Part shown: piece after piece, positions 45,582 through 54,675 of the stretch | Layout: each line of letters opens with the position of its first letter | Position numbering within the stretch: the first letter of the stretch is position 1 | IMG/VR virus record: IMGVR_UViG_3300027759_000050 | Span: 1 to 64,000 of that record | Origin: a virus | Reading direction: 5' to 3' (one strand) | DNA length: 64,000 nt | Position numbers and translations under genes: made by a program | The notes under the pieces: model-generated | Databases searched by the model: none | Told to the model about the DNA's origin: nothing | Seen by the model: the letters and a program-made list of their open reading frames with translations, nothing else

Positions 45582-47657
45582 TTAACTTTTCTTAGCTGTA
45601 ACAGAAACACTTACCGCAGCTGGATCATAAGGATCGATTGTGATTATCCTATTTAACGAAGAAGAAATAATGGTGGTTGTTGGTTGCATTGAAATAGTCA
45701 GTTGACCTAAATCGTTTTCTACAGAAATAGGATTTAAATTTGCCAATGTTATTATTCCGTTTTCATAATCAATTGTGCCCACATCATTTGTAACTATAAT
45801 CTTACCCTTTACAGTATCGTTGTAATAACTTCTAACTGTACCATATTGACCTTGTAGTTTTAAAACAACAGAAGCACCTGTTCCTGTTGTGTCTCCAATC
45901 GCAGGAACAATTGTGGCTAATGCGGATGTGTAACCAACACCAGGATTCGTTACGGTGACTGAATACAACTTGTTATTCACTATCGTAGCTACAGCGACTG
46001 CACCTGTACCATCTCCATTAATTACAACAGTTGGTGTTGCGGTATAGTTGTAACCTGTGTTAATTACTGAAATTGAATCAACACCAACGGTTGAAACTGG
46101 AACTTCCTCAAAGTAAACACCAGACAATGTTGTTTCTATGTTATTTGGATTTACAATTGTTATTCCTGGATAACTAGTCAGAGAACTACCAAAAACACCT
46201 CGCTTTAATGGACTATTATAATATAGATTATAAGTTGTTGGAATACCAAGAGATGGATAAAATTTCTTTTGGACATTTATGGTAAAATCAGAAGAAATAA
46301 CCGATTTATCATATGAATTGATTGTGTTTAGAACATCATATGAACTGAAACTTGAATTAAAAGTGTTCAAATTTGTTGAAGAATAACCATAAATTGCCAT
46401 TTGTAATCCAGTTTTCAGTGAACTGGAATTCAACGTAGTTTGTGTTGCGTTATAAAGTACGTTTGCTAAAATCTGAATGTATGTATAATCAGGATCAACT
46501 ATAGTGGGTTCAACCGTCATCATACTAATTGGTTTAATTACTTGAGACAACAGTATCGATTTTTGTGTTTGCGTTAAATCATATGCACCAGTTGGTTTCA
46601 ATGAAATAAACACTTGGCCATAAACGGGTGGAACATTTTCCTCACCACCCCAAACAGATACTGCATCAAAGGTGATGCCTAAATTATTTTGTTGGAGAGC
46701 TGTGATATAATCATTTTTACTTACTGCACGGCCTTGTGATGCAAAAGCTTTTGGTGCCTGAAATTTGATAGAAGAAATTGATTCTCTGTTTCTACCTTGG
46801 GTGGCTGCATCTCTCGGGTTTATGACCAAACTGGAATAAGAACCAATGTTATCCATTAAAACAAAATTGTTTGCCAATCCACCCAATGTTCCACTGGTTG
46901 AAAGATAAGTCACACCTACAATGTTTCCGTCGGATAGTTGTTTACCTAAAACACCATCACCAAAGTAAATTTGGTAATTGCCATTTACCGCCTCTTGAAC
47001 AAAATAGACTTTATCTGTTGGTCCTAATTCCAAATAACTTGTCTCAACACTATAAACTTCATAATAACTATTTGAAGATGATTCTTGTACTGTAACACTC
47101 ATAGTTGAAATATCAATATTGGTGTCTGGTATTTCAAAGATATATTCTGAATTGGTTGTTGAATTAACAGTAAAGCTATAACTTCCAATTCTACCTTGTT
47201 TTAATTCAACTGCTGTAAAATTTGCAACATTTGCAGAAACATTAACAGTGGTATCTGTCGTAGTCACATAGTTGTAGTTTGCGTTATTGATGGGTTCAGA
47301 TAGAAAATTTGTGTATTTTGGAACAGTAAAAGTGGATGTAGTAACTCCGTTGAAAGTCATATCAATTGTTGCAACTGGACCAATTGCTGATTTTGGAACA
47401 TAGTTCATCAGTTTTGCATGAGACACAACGGAAGAACGCTGTAATGCTGAATCCAAAAACATTTCATTTGCAACCATGTTCAAATAGAAAGCATTGTATT
47501 GTGTATTGTATGCAAGAACATCCAACAAGACTGACAGGGCTGAACCAGTGAAGTTGTAATCTTTAAACGTATCTTGAGACTGCAAATAGGTAATGAAATT
47601 TTGCTTAATGTCCGCAAAATCTAGATTAGCTACTTGTATATTTGTATTTGATGCCAT
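45582..47657 (-). CDS. gp6: Baseplate wedge subunit
   Basis: LDF..IK.N...YL..Q..FKDYNF.GS.LS.LLDVLAYNT.YNAFY.NM..NE.FLDSA..RSSVVSHAK, FGDGVLG, Q.RAV...DY, WGGEEN.PP.YG.VFIS.KP. Confidence 0.95.
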   Translation of the reverse strand: MASNTNIQVANLDFADIKQNFITYLQSQDTFKDYNFTGSALSVLLDVLAYNTQYNAFYLNMVANEMFLDSALQRSSVVSHAKLMNYVPKSAIGPVATIDMTFNGVTTSTFTVPKYTNFLSEPINNANYNYVTTTDTTVNVSANVANFTAVELKQGRIGSYSFTVNSTTNSEYIFEIPDTNIDISTMSVTVQESSSNSYYEVYSVETSYLELGPTDKVYFVQEAVNGNYQIYFGDGVLGKQLSDGNIVGVTYLSTSGTLGGLANNFVLMDNIGSYSSLVINPRDAATQGRNRESISSIKFQAPKAFASQGRAVSKNDYITALQQNNLGITFDAVSVWGGEENVPPVYGQVFISLKPTGAYDLTQTQKSILLSQVIKPISMMTVEPTIVDPDYTYIQILANVLYNATQTTLNSSSLKTGLQMAIYGYSSTNLNTFNSSFSSYDVLNTINSYDKSVISSDFTINVQKKFYPSLGIPTTYNLYYNSPLKRGVFGSSLTSYPGITIVNPNNIETTLSGVYFEEVPVSTVGVDSISVINTGYNYTATPTVVINGDGTGAVAVATIVNNKLYSVTVTNPGVGYTSALATIVPAIGDTTGTGASVVLKLQGQYGTVRSYYNDTVKGKIIVTNDVGTIDYENGIITLANLNPISVENDLGQLTISMQPTTTIISSSLNRIITIDPYDPAAVSVSVTAKKS

Positions 47658-48049
47658 TATCTGGACCTTTGAAGAATTAGGTTAACTGCTGTTGGTACTG
47701 TATTATTGCCAATGAAGAAACTCAAATAAACTGAAAATGAATTTTTATCGGGATTAAGAGTTACTTGTAAACTATCAATAGAAACTCTAGGTTCATAATT
47801 GTTGATAACATTCCTTATCTCGGATTCTAAAATGTTCGCAGTCAAGCTTGTTGCGGGTTCAAACAATAACTTATCCAAATTTGAACCAACATCAGGTTGA
47901 AAAGGTCTTTCATAGAAATTAGTTAATAAAAGACTTCTAACAGAAGCAATCACCGAATTCTCGTCATATCTCATAGCAACGTCATTGGTACCAGGCACTC
48001 TTTTGAATGTCAGGTCTAAGTCTGAATATATTTTTTTTAGTGTTGCCAT
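47657..48049 (-). CDS. gp25: Baseplate wedge subunit (sheath initiator)
   Basis: YSDLDL.F, SV..LLLTNFYERPFQP..GS....LFE, NYEPRV. Confidence 0.95.
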   Translation of the reverse strand: MATLKKIYSDLDLTFKRVPGTNDVAMRYDENSVIASVRSLLLTNFYERPFQPDVGSNLDKLLFEPATSLTANILESEIRNVINNYEPRVSIDSLQVTLNPDKNSFSVYLSFFIGNNTVPTAVNLILQRSR

Positions 48050-48053
48050 CTTC

Positions 48054-48061
48054 TATTTATT
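48054..48061 (-). promoter_or_regulatory. Late promoter box (AATAAATA) 4 nt before the gp25 ATG
   Basis: TAATAAATA-GAAG-ATG. Confidence 0.55.
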
Positions 48062-48068
48062 ACTCTTA

Positions 48069-48911
48069 TTAAGAGATATTTGCGGTTTGTGTCTGAGATA
48101 GTATTCGAGTTTTCAATTTATTTGTTCCGATATAGTTATTTACCAAAAGTGTTTCAGTCGCACCCATATCACCTAATGGGGAAACTGTAGAATAATCTGC
48201 CATGACATTCTTTGTATTTGTAAAGAATGCATTATCTTGTGCAGGATAAGTTGTCATTAGTGTGTTGATTGAACTTACAGTGCTTTGTAACGCTTGGGTT
48301 TGAGCCAGTGTAAAATCTGATGTATTTGGTGAACCCATTGTAATGCTAGCGGATAATGCAATTTGTTGTGAGGATAATGAATTACTAAGTGTATTTAATG
48401 TATTACCTAAGGTTATACTAGTAAAGTTGCCCATGATTGGTGAGTTATTTTGTACATTGTCTGACTGGTAAGTGATATAGGACATTATTTTACCATATCC
48501 TATCGCCATCTTATAGTGTACTGTCGTAACATCTGTACCAGGATCAACTACATTTGATTCTCGGTTAGTAACATACAGGTAATTTGAAGCTGTTGATACA
48601 GCTGCAGCGGCTGTATTACCCAAATCATGGAGGGCCTGTGTCACAGTTGAAGAAATCGTGGACTGCACATTGACACCAATTGTTGCAGCGTTTATAGAAT
48701 TCATTGTGGATGATATTGTTGCCGTTACACCCGCAACTGGATTAACAAAATAACTACCAACATTTGATGTGGATATATCTTCGGTTTGCCAGGCGTTCAA
48801 CAACGGCGGCATTAATGCCATGTTATTTGCAACAGAACTACTGTAATTACTGACTGTTGCGTTAGTTGTTGGATCTGATGAATTAAACCCTAATCTTCCA
48901 TAAATACTCAT
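48069..48911 (-). CDS. Hypothetical helical protein in the spike locus
   Basis: 280-aa ORF with AAGGA RBS between the gp5 C-part and gp25; no recognisable motif. Confidence 0.7.
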   Translation of the reverse strand: MSIYGRLGFNSSDPTTNATVSNYSSSVANNMALMPPLLNAWQTEDISTSNVGSYFVNPVAGVTATISSTMNSINAATIGVNVQSTISSTVTQALHDLGNTAAAAVSTASNYLYVTNRESNVVDPGTDVTTVHYKMAIGYGKIMSYITYQSDNVQNNSPIMGNFTSITLGNTLNTLSNSLSSQQIALSASITMGSPNTSDFTLAQTQALQSTVSSINTLMTTYPAQDNAFFTNTKNVMADYSTVSPLGDMGATETLLVNNYIGTNKLKTRILSQTQTANIS

Positions 48912-48920
48912 AATATATCC

Positions 48921-49751
48921 TTAAGCTGTAGTTTCAGAGGTTGTTGGTGGACTTGTTGGTCCATAAGGTGCAATATGTATCTGCATATTTCTTATGATAC
49001 CATTTACAATATCTTTAGATAAGAATGCTGTTGATATACCTGAAGTTATCAGTGGTGCAGACATTGAAACCTTTGAATTGATTGGGCCAGTACAGTTAAT
49101 CTCTAATGGAATAGGCGCCTCTAATGGGCCAACAGATACACCACCAAACTCGGTTGTAAAACCACCAGATGTGGCTGACATACCAGTGAGGCAATCTACA
49201 CGACCTTTAGAAAAAATCTTCTCGGCAGTAATCTCTCCTCGGACCTTTAAATCACCACGAACACTTACATATTCACCTGGAGTAATGAATAAACCTCCAG
49301 ATAATGCACCGCCCGCTTTAATGTCCATGTCACCCTGTGAAACGAAACTAGTCAATCCTTCAACTACTGTGGTATAATTCCCCTTGACATGCAGTTCATA
49401 ATTACCATCAACTTGTTCAACCACGTTTCCTAGTGTGTATAAGTTTGCATTACCTAGAACGGTAATGTTCATATTTCCATTAATCAGTATGTTTTTATCT
49501 TTGATAGTTATTTCATATCCGTCACCGTAAACCTTATGCACCTCATCACCATTAGGATGCATTTCTATGAATGTCTTTGAACGGTGTTGCAACCTGATGC
49601 GTTCCCTTGTTGGAGTGTCATCCAATTCAAAAGCGTGACCACTGGGTGTCTGGGTTGAATTGTTGAATGGAAAAATTGGTTGGTAATCTGTATTTGCCGC
49701 AGATTCAGGTTCTGTCCATCCTGCGAAGAAACTTGGTTTTTGTTCAGGCAT
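48921..49751 (-). CDS. gp5: gp5 C-terminal part (beta-helix spike), encoded separately
   Basis: W.EP....YQP..P.N....T.SGH.FELDDTP..ERI...H...TF.E.HP.G..V.KV.GD.Y, then V.GN-type 8-mer repeats; start moved to ATG 49751 (GGA RBS, removes overlap). Confidence 0.85.
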   Translation of the reverse strand: MPEQKPSFFAGWTEPESAANTDYQPIFPFNNSTQTPSGHAFELDDTPTRERIRLQHRSKTFIEMHPNGDEVHKVYGDGYEITIKDKNILINGNMNITVLGNANLYTLGNVVEQVDGNYELHVKGNYTTVVEGLTSFVSQGDMDIKAGGALSGGLFITPGEYVSVRGDLKVRGEITAEKIFSKGRVDCLTGMSATSGGFTTEFGGVSVGPLEAPIPLEINCTGPINSKVSMSAPLITSGISTAFLSKDIVNGIIRNMQIHIAPYGPTSPPTTSETTA

Positions 49752-49764
49752 TATAAATTTTCCA

Positions 49765-50610
49765 TTAAGGTTTACTTGAGTTACTGAACTTGGAACCAAA
49801 GTAATCAGCTGCAGCAGCCTTACCTGATTCTATTCCAGAATTAATTGATGCACTTAGTCCATCTATTTTAGCGTTCAATGGATCAGTCACATATGATGTT
49901 ACTGTGGTCGGTTGTGGTGCTTCATCTTCATTCACTAATCCCAGTGTAAGAAGGTTTTGTGTTTGACTTAAACTTGTTGAGAATTGTGTACCAACCGAAG
50001 CAATTGCTGAATTGAAATTCAATACACAATCTTCTAGTATTTTTCTAACTCTATCCGGTAGAGATTTAATCCAATCTGTAATTTGTTGTATTTCTTGTAT
50101 TAAATAATAAACCATCGCAACATCAGCTATAACTTGAGCTACAATTTTTAATTTTTCGTTAATCTCTCTCACCTTCTCTTTAAGAAAAGAAAAATTAGCC
50201 GAAATGAGACCTGTTACGTCAGCGTTAAGAGCACCTAAAATTGCGTCGATTGCAAGCCTAAACAACTCATTTAGTTTTGTTATTGCTGTGCGAATTGCCG
50301 CTGACGCAGCATTTTTACCATTCTTGATTGCTCCAGTTAAAATTCCTAAATTTGGAATTAAAGCGGACAAAGATAGGTTTGTACTTAATCTAAATTTAAA
50401 ATCACAAACGTGAGCAACTTGACTGTTGGTAATATAAACACCTGTGTTTATTAAAGCACCTCTAGCAATACCGGGAGTAGTTTGAACACCACCAACAGAA
50501 AAAGAACCAGTCCAAGACCACTTTGGTGAATCTTTTTCTATGATTTTTCCGTTTATTACTTCAGTTTGAGCTGTATTAGTAAAACTTTGTGAGAGATTAA
50601 GAAGTGCCAT
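49765..50610 (-). CDS. Middle segment of the split gp5 locus (helical, no T4-lysozyme motifs)
   Basis: Own AGGG RBS after TAA TAG; TPGIARG...HVCD then amphipathic helices. Confidence 0.65.
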   Translation of the reverse strand: MALLNLSQSFTNTAQTEVINGKIIEKDSPKWSWTGSFSVGGVQTTPGIARGALINTGVYITNSQVAHVCDFKFRLSTNLSLSALIPNLGILTGAIKNGKNAASAAIRTAITKLNELFRLAIDAILGALNADVTGLISANFSFLKEKVREINEKLKIVAQVIADVAMVYYLIQEIQQITDWIKSLPDRVRKILEDCVLNFNSAIASVGTQFSTSLSQTQNLLTLGLVNEDEAPQPTTVTSYVTDPLNAKIDGLSASINSGIESGKAAAADYFGSKFSNSSKP

Positions 50611-50620
50611 ATTTTCCCTA

Positions 50621-50950
50621 TTATACAGAGTAACCAGCTTGAGGAACAGGTGCTATTCCAGGTAAGACACCCATCATAACAGGATACTGGCCACTTTCAC
50701 CATCCATAAAGAAACCAACAACCCAGTCATTGAGTTCAGGTGTATAGTAAGTTTTAGAGTTATTTATTGATAACATTGGTGTTGCCCAAGGTAGGTGGTC
50801 ATCAGGTATTAAAGTAACGTCATCGGTGTGCCAACCAAATATTCTGACCTTACAACGGCCAACACCCAATGGGTCCGCTCGGTCTCTTATTACACCAACC
50901 CACCAAATGAATCCATTCAAACCTGCAAAATTACTGGTAACCTTAGACAT
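50621..50950 (-). CDS. gp5: gp5 N-terminal OB-fold domain, encoded separately
   Basis: GFIWWVGV...R.DPL..GRCKVRIFGWH....IP...LPWA.P......WVVGFFMDGESGQ.P.MMG.LPG. Confidence 0.9.
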   Translation of the reverse strand: MSKVTSNFAGLNGFIWWVGVIRDRADPLGVGRCKVRIFGWHTDDVTLIPDDHLPWATPMLSINNSKTYYTPELNDWVVGFFMDGESGQYPVMMGVLPGIAPVPQAGYSV

Positions 50951-52338
50951 TACATATTTCCTTTAACTGCATTAGTCCAACCCGGAGAACTATTTTTAAC
51001 TGACGCATATGGTTCAGTTGTACTTTCTTTACACAATTCCAAAACTGTTCTGTATTGAAACGGTGTCAATAGGTGCCTAACCGCAGTCACCAAATAGTTA
51101 CCTGAATAAAACTTATCGGTTGCTTTTAATTGCGGGTCTGGATTTTTTGAGGTCAGATTGAAATTAATAACAACACCCGCCGTCAATGCTGGATCACCTG
51201 GAACAGAAATCTTCACTCTTGTATAGTTAGCCAAAGGTATTTGTGCTGTTCTATTCGGTATGTAGGTCTCTGCAAAAATATCATGTGCAACAGAACCTGG
51301 ATTAGATTTAACTAATGATGAGTCATTTTGGTTTGAATTAGAAAAAACCAATTTGAATGATGCTTCAGGTGTTTCGTATAGTTTATCACCAAAACGATTC
51401 TGATAGTTGTTTATGATTGGCCAAGTGTTTAGGTGCGTAGCCTTTCCTGCATACTCATTATAACTGAAATCTGTTTTCTGATACCTTCTCAAAAGAACAT
51501 CAAGTGATAATACACGGTTTGCAAAAACACCTTGATTGATTGCACCCAAGGTATCAAAAGAATCCATTATTTCATATGATAGTGCATTAGATAGGTTATA
51601 AGCCATATCTGTTACATTCAAATTCTTTGGATTGTAAAAGTATTGTCTCATTGGACTTTGAGAATACAAAGACTGCAATGACCTAAAGTTGTAACCAAAT
51701 TTATCTTCATAGAATACCATATCAGCACCAATCATACTCCAAGAACCAAAGTTGTTTTCACCTGGTCTTGCGTATGTTGATAACCAATTGATTGCATCGA
51801 AAGGTTTTAGATATGGAACAATGAAGTCATAGATGCCATATGTCTGGTCAATCTTTGAGATTTTCTTTTCAGGAACTTGAAGGTGTGTTTTCAGTATGTC
51901 TTTTATATTCGATGTTATGTCTGAACCTTTGTAGGATTTACTGATTTTGTATTGTTCCGATAAAAGCAATTCTTCCGAACAAAAGTAGATTGAGTAGGTT
52001 TCTGTACTACCTTCATTCTTAGGTTCTCGCCTTGTTATGTTGAATACACGGAAGGTTTTGTCTACAATGTTTGTGGTCGTGTCACCTTTACCAAATGATA
52101 TACGGATAAACTCGTTACCATTAAGGTGAAGATTATTGATGAAACCCATAGAATCAACAACCATCAAATAGCCAGATGCAGTATTGTTGAAAACATCTTC
52201 ATTATATGATAGTTCAACGAGAATGGAACTTACATCCATGTTGGTGATGGATGTAAATAGTGTTAGGTGTATTAATGTAAAATCATTCGGATATCTTATA
52301 CCCGGAACGCTAGGTTCAATGCTCCATGTATCTGCCAT
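50950..52338 (-). CDS. gp27: Baseplate hub protein (gp27-like)
   Basis: E..Y.ED.F....SG...V.D, G.E.I.I, IVPY.KPF.AI.WL, FYE...GYNF.SL..L, VPGD....AG..I, D..YSG.YLVTAVRH; between gp53 and gp5. Confidence 0.75.
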   Translation of the reverse strand: MADTWSIEPSVPGIRYPNDFTLIHLTLFTSITNMDVSSILVELSYNEDVFNNTASGYLMVVDSMGFINNLHLNGNEFIRISFGKGDTTTNIVDKTFRVFNITRREPKNEGSTETYSIYFCSEELLLSEQYKISKSYKGSDITSNIKDILKTHLQVPEKKISKIDQTYGIYDFIVPYLKPFDAINWLSTYARPGENNFGSWSMIGADMVFYEDKFGYNFRSLQSLYSQSPMRQYFYNPKNLNVTDMAYNLSNALSYEIMDSFDTLGAINQGVFANRVLSLDVLLRRYQKTDFSYNEYAGKATHLNTWPIINNYQNRFGDKLYETPEASFKLVFSNSNQNDSSLVKSNPGSVAHDIFAETYIPNRTAQIPLANYTRVKISVPGDPALTAGVVINFNLTSKNPDPQLKATDKFYSGNYLVTAVRHLLTPFQYRTVLELCKESTTEPYASVKNSSPGWTNAVKGNM

Positions 52339-52339
52339 A

Positions 52340-52999
52340 TTATAGATTCATTAATGAGTAGAATTGTGATTCAAAACTGGAAACATAAGATGAGTTTACC
52401 AAATTGATTGACCTACGGGTTTCATTCAATTCAACTTCATATTCATAGATGGTCTGTGTGTATTTTGTAATAATCTCAGTAACTTGAGCACCTGTTGTAA
52501 AATTTCTAACTTCTTCTGATTCGATGATGTTGTTATAAGAATCTAAATCCAAATAGTAATCTGTTGTTTTAGATTCTAACGAAGTGCTGTCTATTGTTGT
52601 TACATTCTTTATATAATTTTTTATTGTACTTTGCGTGTATACTATGACCTGTGTATCTGTTATTGTGTTTACGGGAATGGCCAGTGCGGCCGCAGCCTCA
52701 CTTTTGTATTTTTCCACAATATAGTTTGTTAACAGGCTTGAATTCATTGGCCAATTCCATTGCGGATCAATTAATTGGTTTGCAAACAATACAATCCAAT
52801 AACGATACGGATCACCATAGTATTTGGATGCAATTATCTCTGGTGTATCACCATCTCTTATATCATAAGAATAGAATAATAATGGATTGTTTAGTAGACT
52901 TGGTATAATTTCAGCCCTAACCATAAGATTGGTTAGAACTATGGCATTACCACTGTAATCTATTGTTGCAATTTTAGGTAAAGTATTAAAATAGTTCAT
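52340..52999 (-). CDS. gp53: Baseplate wedge component
   Basis: YF..LP, Y.I.DGDTPEIIA.KYYGD...YWIVL..N...DP...WP, YEYE..LNE..R.I. Confidence 0.92.
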   Translation of the reverse strand: MNYFNTLPKIATIDYSGNAIVLTNLMVRAEIIPSLLNNPLLFYSYDIRDGDTPEIIASKYYGDPYRYWIVLFANQLIDPQWNWPMNSSLLTNYIVEKYKSEAAAALAIPVNTITDTQVIVYTQSTIKNYIKNVTTIDSTSLESKTTDYYLDLDSYNNIIESEEVRNFTTGAQVTEIITKYTQTIYEYEVELNETRRSINLVNSSYVSSFESQFYSLMNL

Positions 53000-54198
53000 T
53001 ATCTTAATCCAGATGTTGGTGAGTTGAAACCCATTTGTAGTCTTGCTTTATCAACAATCTCAACTTCATGGAAACTTAATGTTAAATGTGTTTGTATTGG
53101 AGCCCCATCACCATGCGCAGCCCAACCGTTTGGTGCATAATCGACTGTAATATCTTCTAACACACAATCAGTATATCTTGGTAGATTTTTATTTTCATTT
53201 CCATCATAATAAAACCTAACTTCAAAAAGTGCTGGTGGTGTTAAAAACATTGATTTGTTTGGAGATTGACCTGGTGTTTGTAATGTTGGTGCTGCATAAT
53301 ATTTAAATTGATGTATGATTGCTTCAACATCTCTCGCTTCAACCATCGATTTTGGTGTAAACACAAAATTCAAAGTAAATGGTCTAAAACTTGCACCATG
53401 ATAAATCATTTGTAATTGAGGATTTGAAGTATATCCTTGTGTCTGCAATATTGCATCACTTAGGCCTTGTCCAGCTTCAAACATTCTTCCAAAGGAATCA
53501 ATAGCCCATTTTATTGCCGCTGGATCTGCACCAATTGCATTACCTGCGCCGGTAAGACCATCTTGACCTATGCCTTCAAGGCCTGACCCAGCAATTGAAC
53601 CAATGGTTCTTATTGATTGTAGAGCTTGACCTAATTCATCTCTCATACTAATTGAAGCATAATCTGCGTGGTAGGTTGCTTGTAAGGTATCTGGCATATA
53701 CAGAGAAATGTATGATTTCACTGATGTTCGATTTGCTTTAATATCCATTGAACCATTCAAGGCATCAACCACACCTTTTATTTTTCCTCCGGCCGCTGTT
53801 GATTTCTCCGCTAACAATTTTTGTGTTGCAGCCAATTCAGCTCTAGCCGACTCTAAATCAGTACCTGACAATTCTCTTATTTTTTCTGTGAGATTATTAT
53901 AAGATGATTCCAATTGGGCAACTGTATAATCACGGACTGCTGCGCCAGCGCCAGCCATTCTATCATAAACATTGCTTAAAAATGCTGCACCTTTTGTTCC
54001 TGCTGCATATGATTGTGGTGTAATTTCTTTTGCCAGAAATGTAACATAGTGTTTTTTACTGTCATCTGTACCCAACTCCCTTGGATAACTGAATGTGGAC
54101 ATACCCAAAGTTCTTGAAAGTCCAGCCAAAGGTCCGGTGATAGTCGAATTTGGACCTGTAGGTGTGGAAACGCTTGAGATTTCTATAGATGCTGCCAT
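52999..54198 (-). CDS. gp48: Baseplate tail-tube cap
   Basis: ISLYMP, NPQLQMIY.G..FR.F...F.F.PKS..EA..V..II..FK, P..F, CVL..I.VDYAPNG, G.P....LTL.F.E.E. Confidence 0.88.
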   Translation of the reverse strand: MAASIEISSVSTPTGPNSTITGPLAGLSRTLGMSTFSYPRELGTDDSKKHYVTFLAKEITPQSYAAGTKGAAFLSNVYDRMAGAGAAVRDYTVAQLESSYNNLTEKIRELSGTDLESARAELAATQKLLAEKSTAAGGKIKGVVDALNGSMDIKANRTSVKSYISLYMPDTLQATYHADYASISMRDELGQALQSIRTIGSIAGSGLEGIGQDGLTGAGNAIGADPAAIKWAIDSFGRMFEAGQGLSDAILQTQGYTSNPQLQMIYHGASFRPFTLNFVFTPKSMVEARDVEAIIHQFKYYAAPTLQTPGQSPNKSMFLTPPALFEVRFYYDGNENKNLPRYTDCVLEDITVDYAPNGWAAHGDGAPIQTHLTLSFHEVEIVDKARLQMGFNSPTSGLR

Positions 54199-54232
54199 TT
54201 ATTTTCCAAGAAGATTATACATACTATTTATG
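54199..54232. promoter_or_regulatory. Interdigitated divergent late promoters between gp48 and gp4
   Basis: Minus-strand CATAAATA at 54225-54232 overlaps the gp4 ATG; plus-strand TATACATA at 54216-54223; only 31 bp separate the two start codons. Confidence 0.6.
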
Positions 54233-54664
54233 GCATACTCAGGCAAATTTATTCCCAAATATCCACAGAAGTATGTGGGTGATTACACTAACATTATTTA
54301 TCGCTCTTCCTGGGAAGCGAGAGTTATGTATTGGTTAGACTCAAATCCGAATATTGTTTCATGGGCTTCAGAGGAACTTATAATCCCTTATATATCACCT
54401 GTGGATGGTAAGAGACACAGGTATTTCCCTGATTTTATAGTCAAATCAAAGACAAAAGACAATAAAATTAAAACTATGATTATAGAAGTGAAACCAAAAA
54501 AACAGTCGATTGAACCTGAAAAGAAGAAAAGAGTGACAAAACAATACATCCAAGAGGTTATGACTTGGGGTGTCAATCAGGCAAAATGGAAAGCTGCAAC
54601 AGAATATGCATTGGATAGGGGTTGGGAGTTCATGGTGATAACAGAGGATCACTTGGGCCTCTGA
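54230..54664 (+). CDS. gp4: Head completion protein (TnsA-like nuclease fold)
   Basis: MAYSGKF.P..P.KY.GD...IIYRSSWE, W.SEE..IPY.SP.D...HRYFPDF, IEVKP.KQ, N.AKW.AA, ITE..L; start corrected from 54095 to 54230. Confidence 0.93.
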   Translation: MAYSGKFIPKYPQKYVGDYTNIIYRSSWEARVMYWLDSNPNIVSWASEELIIPYISPVDGKRHRYFPDFIVKSKTKDNKIKTMIIEVKPKKQSIEPEKKKRVTKQYIQEVMTWGVNQAKWKAATEYALDRGWEFMVITEDHLGL

Positions 54665-54671
54665 CTAAATA
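54664..54671 (+). promoter_or_regulatory. Late promoter box (ACTAAATA) 4 nt before the gp2 ATG
   Basis: CTAAATA-GTAC-ATG; no SD sequence. Confidence 0.55.
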
Positions 54672-54675
54672 GTAC

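Noticed and set aside
50600-50630. Stop-codon readthrough or recoding joining the gp5 pieces
   Set aside because: Double stop TAA TAG, the next ORF is in a different frame with its own RBS, and all other genes read intact in the standard code
54095-54229. N-terminal extension of gp4 given by the ORF track
   Set aside because: It overlaps gp48 on the opposite strand; the conserved gp4 N-terminus begins MAYSGKF at 54230
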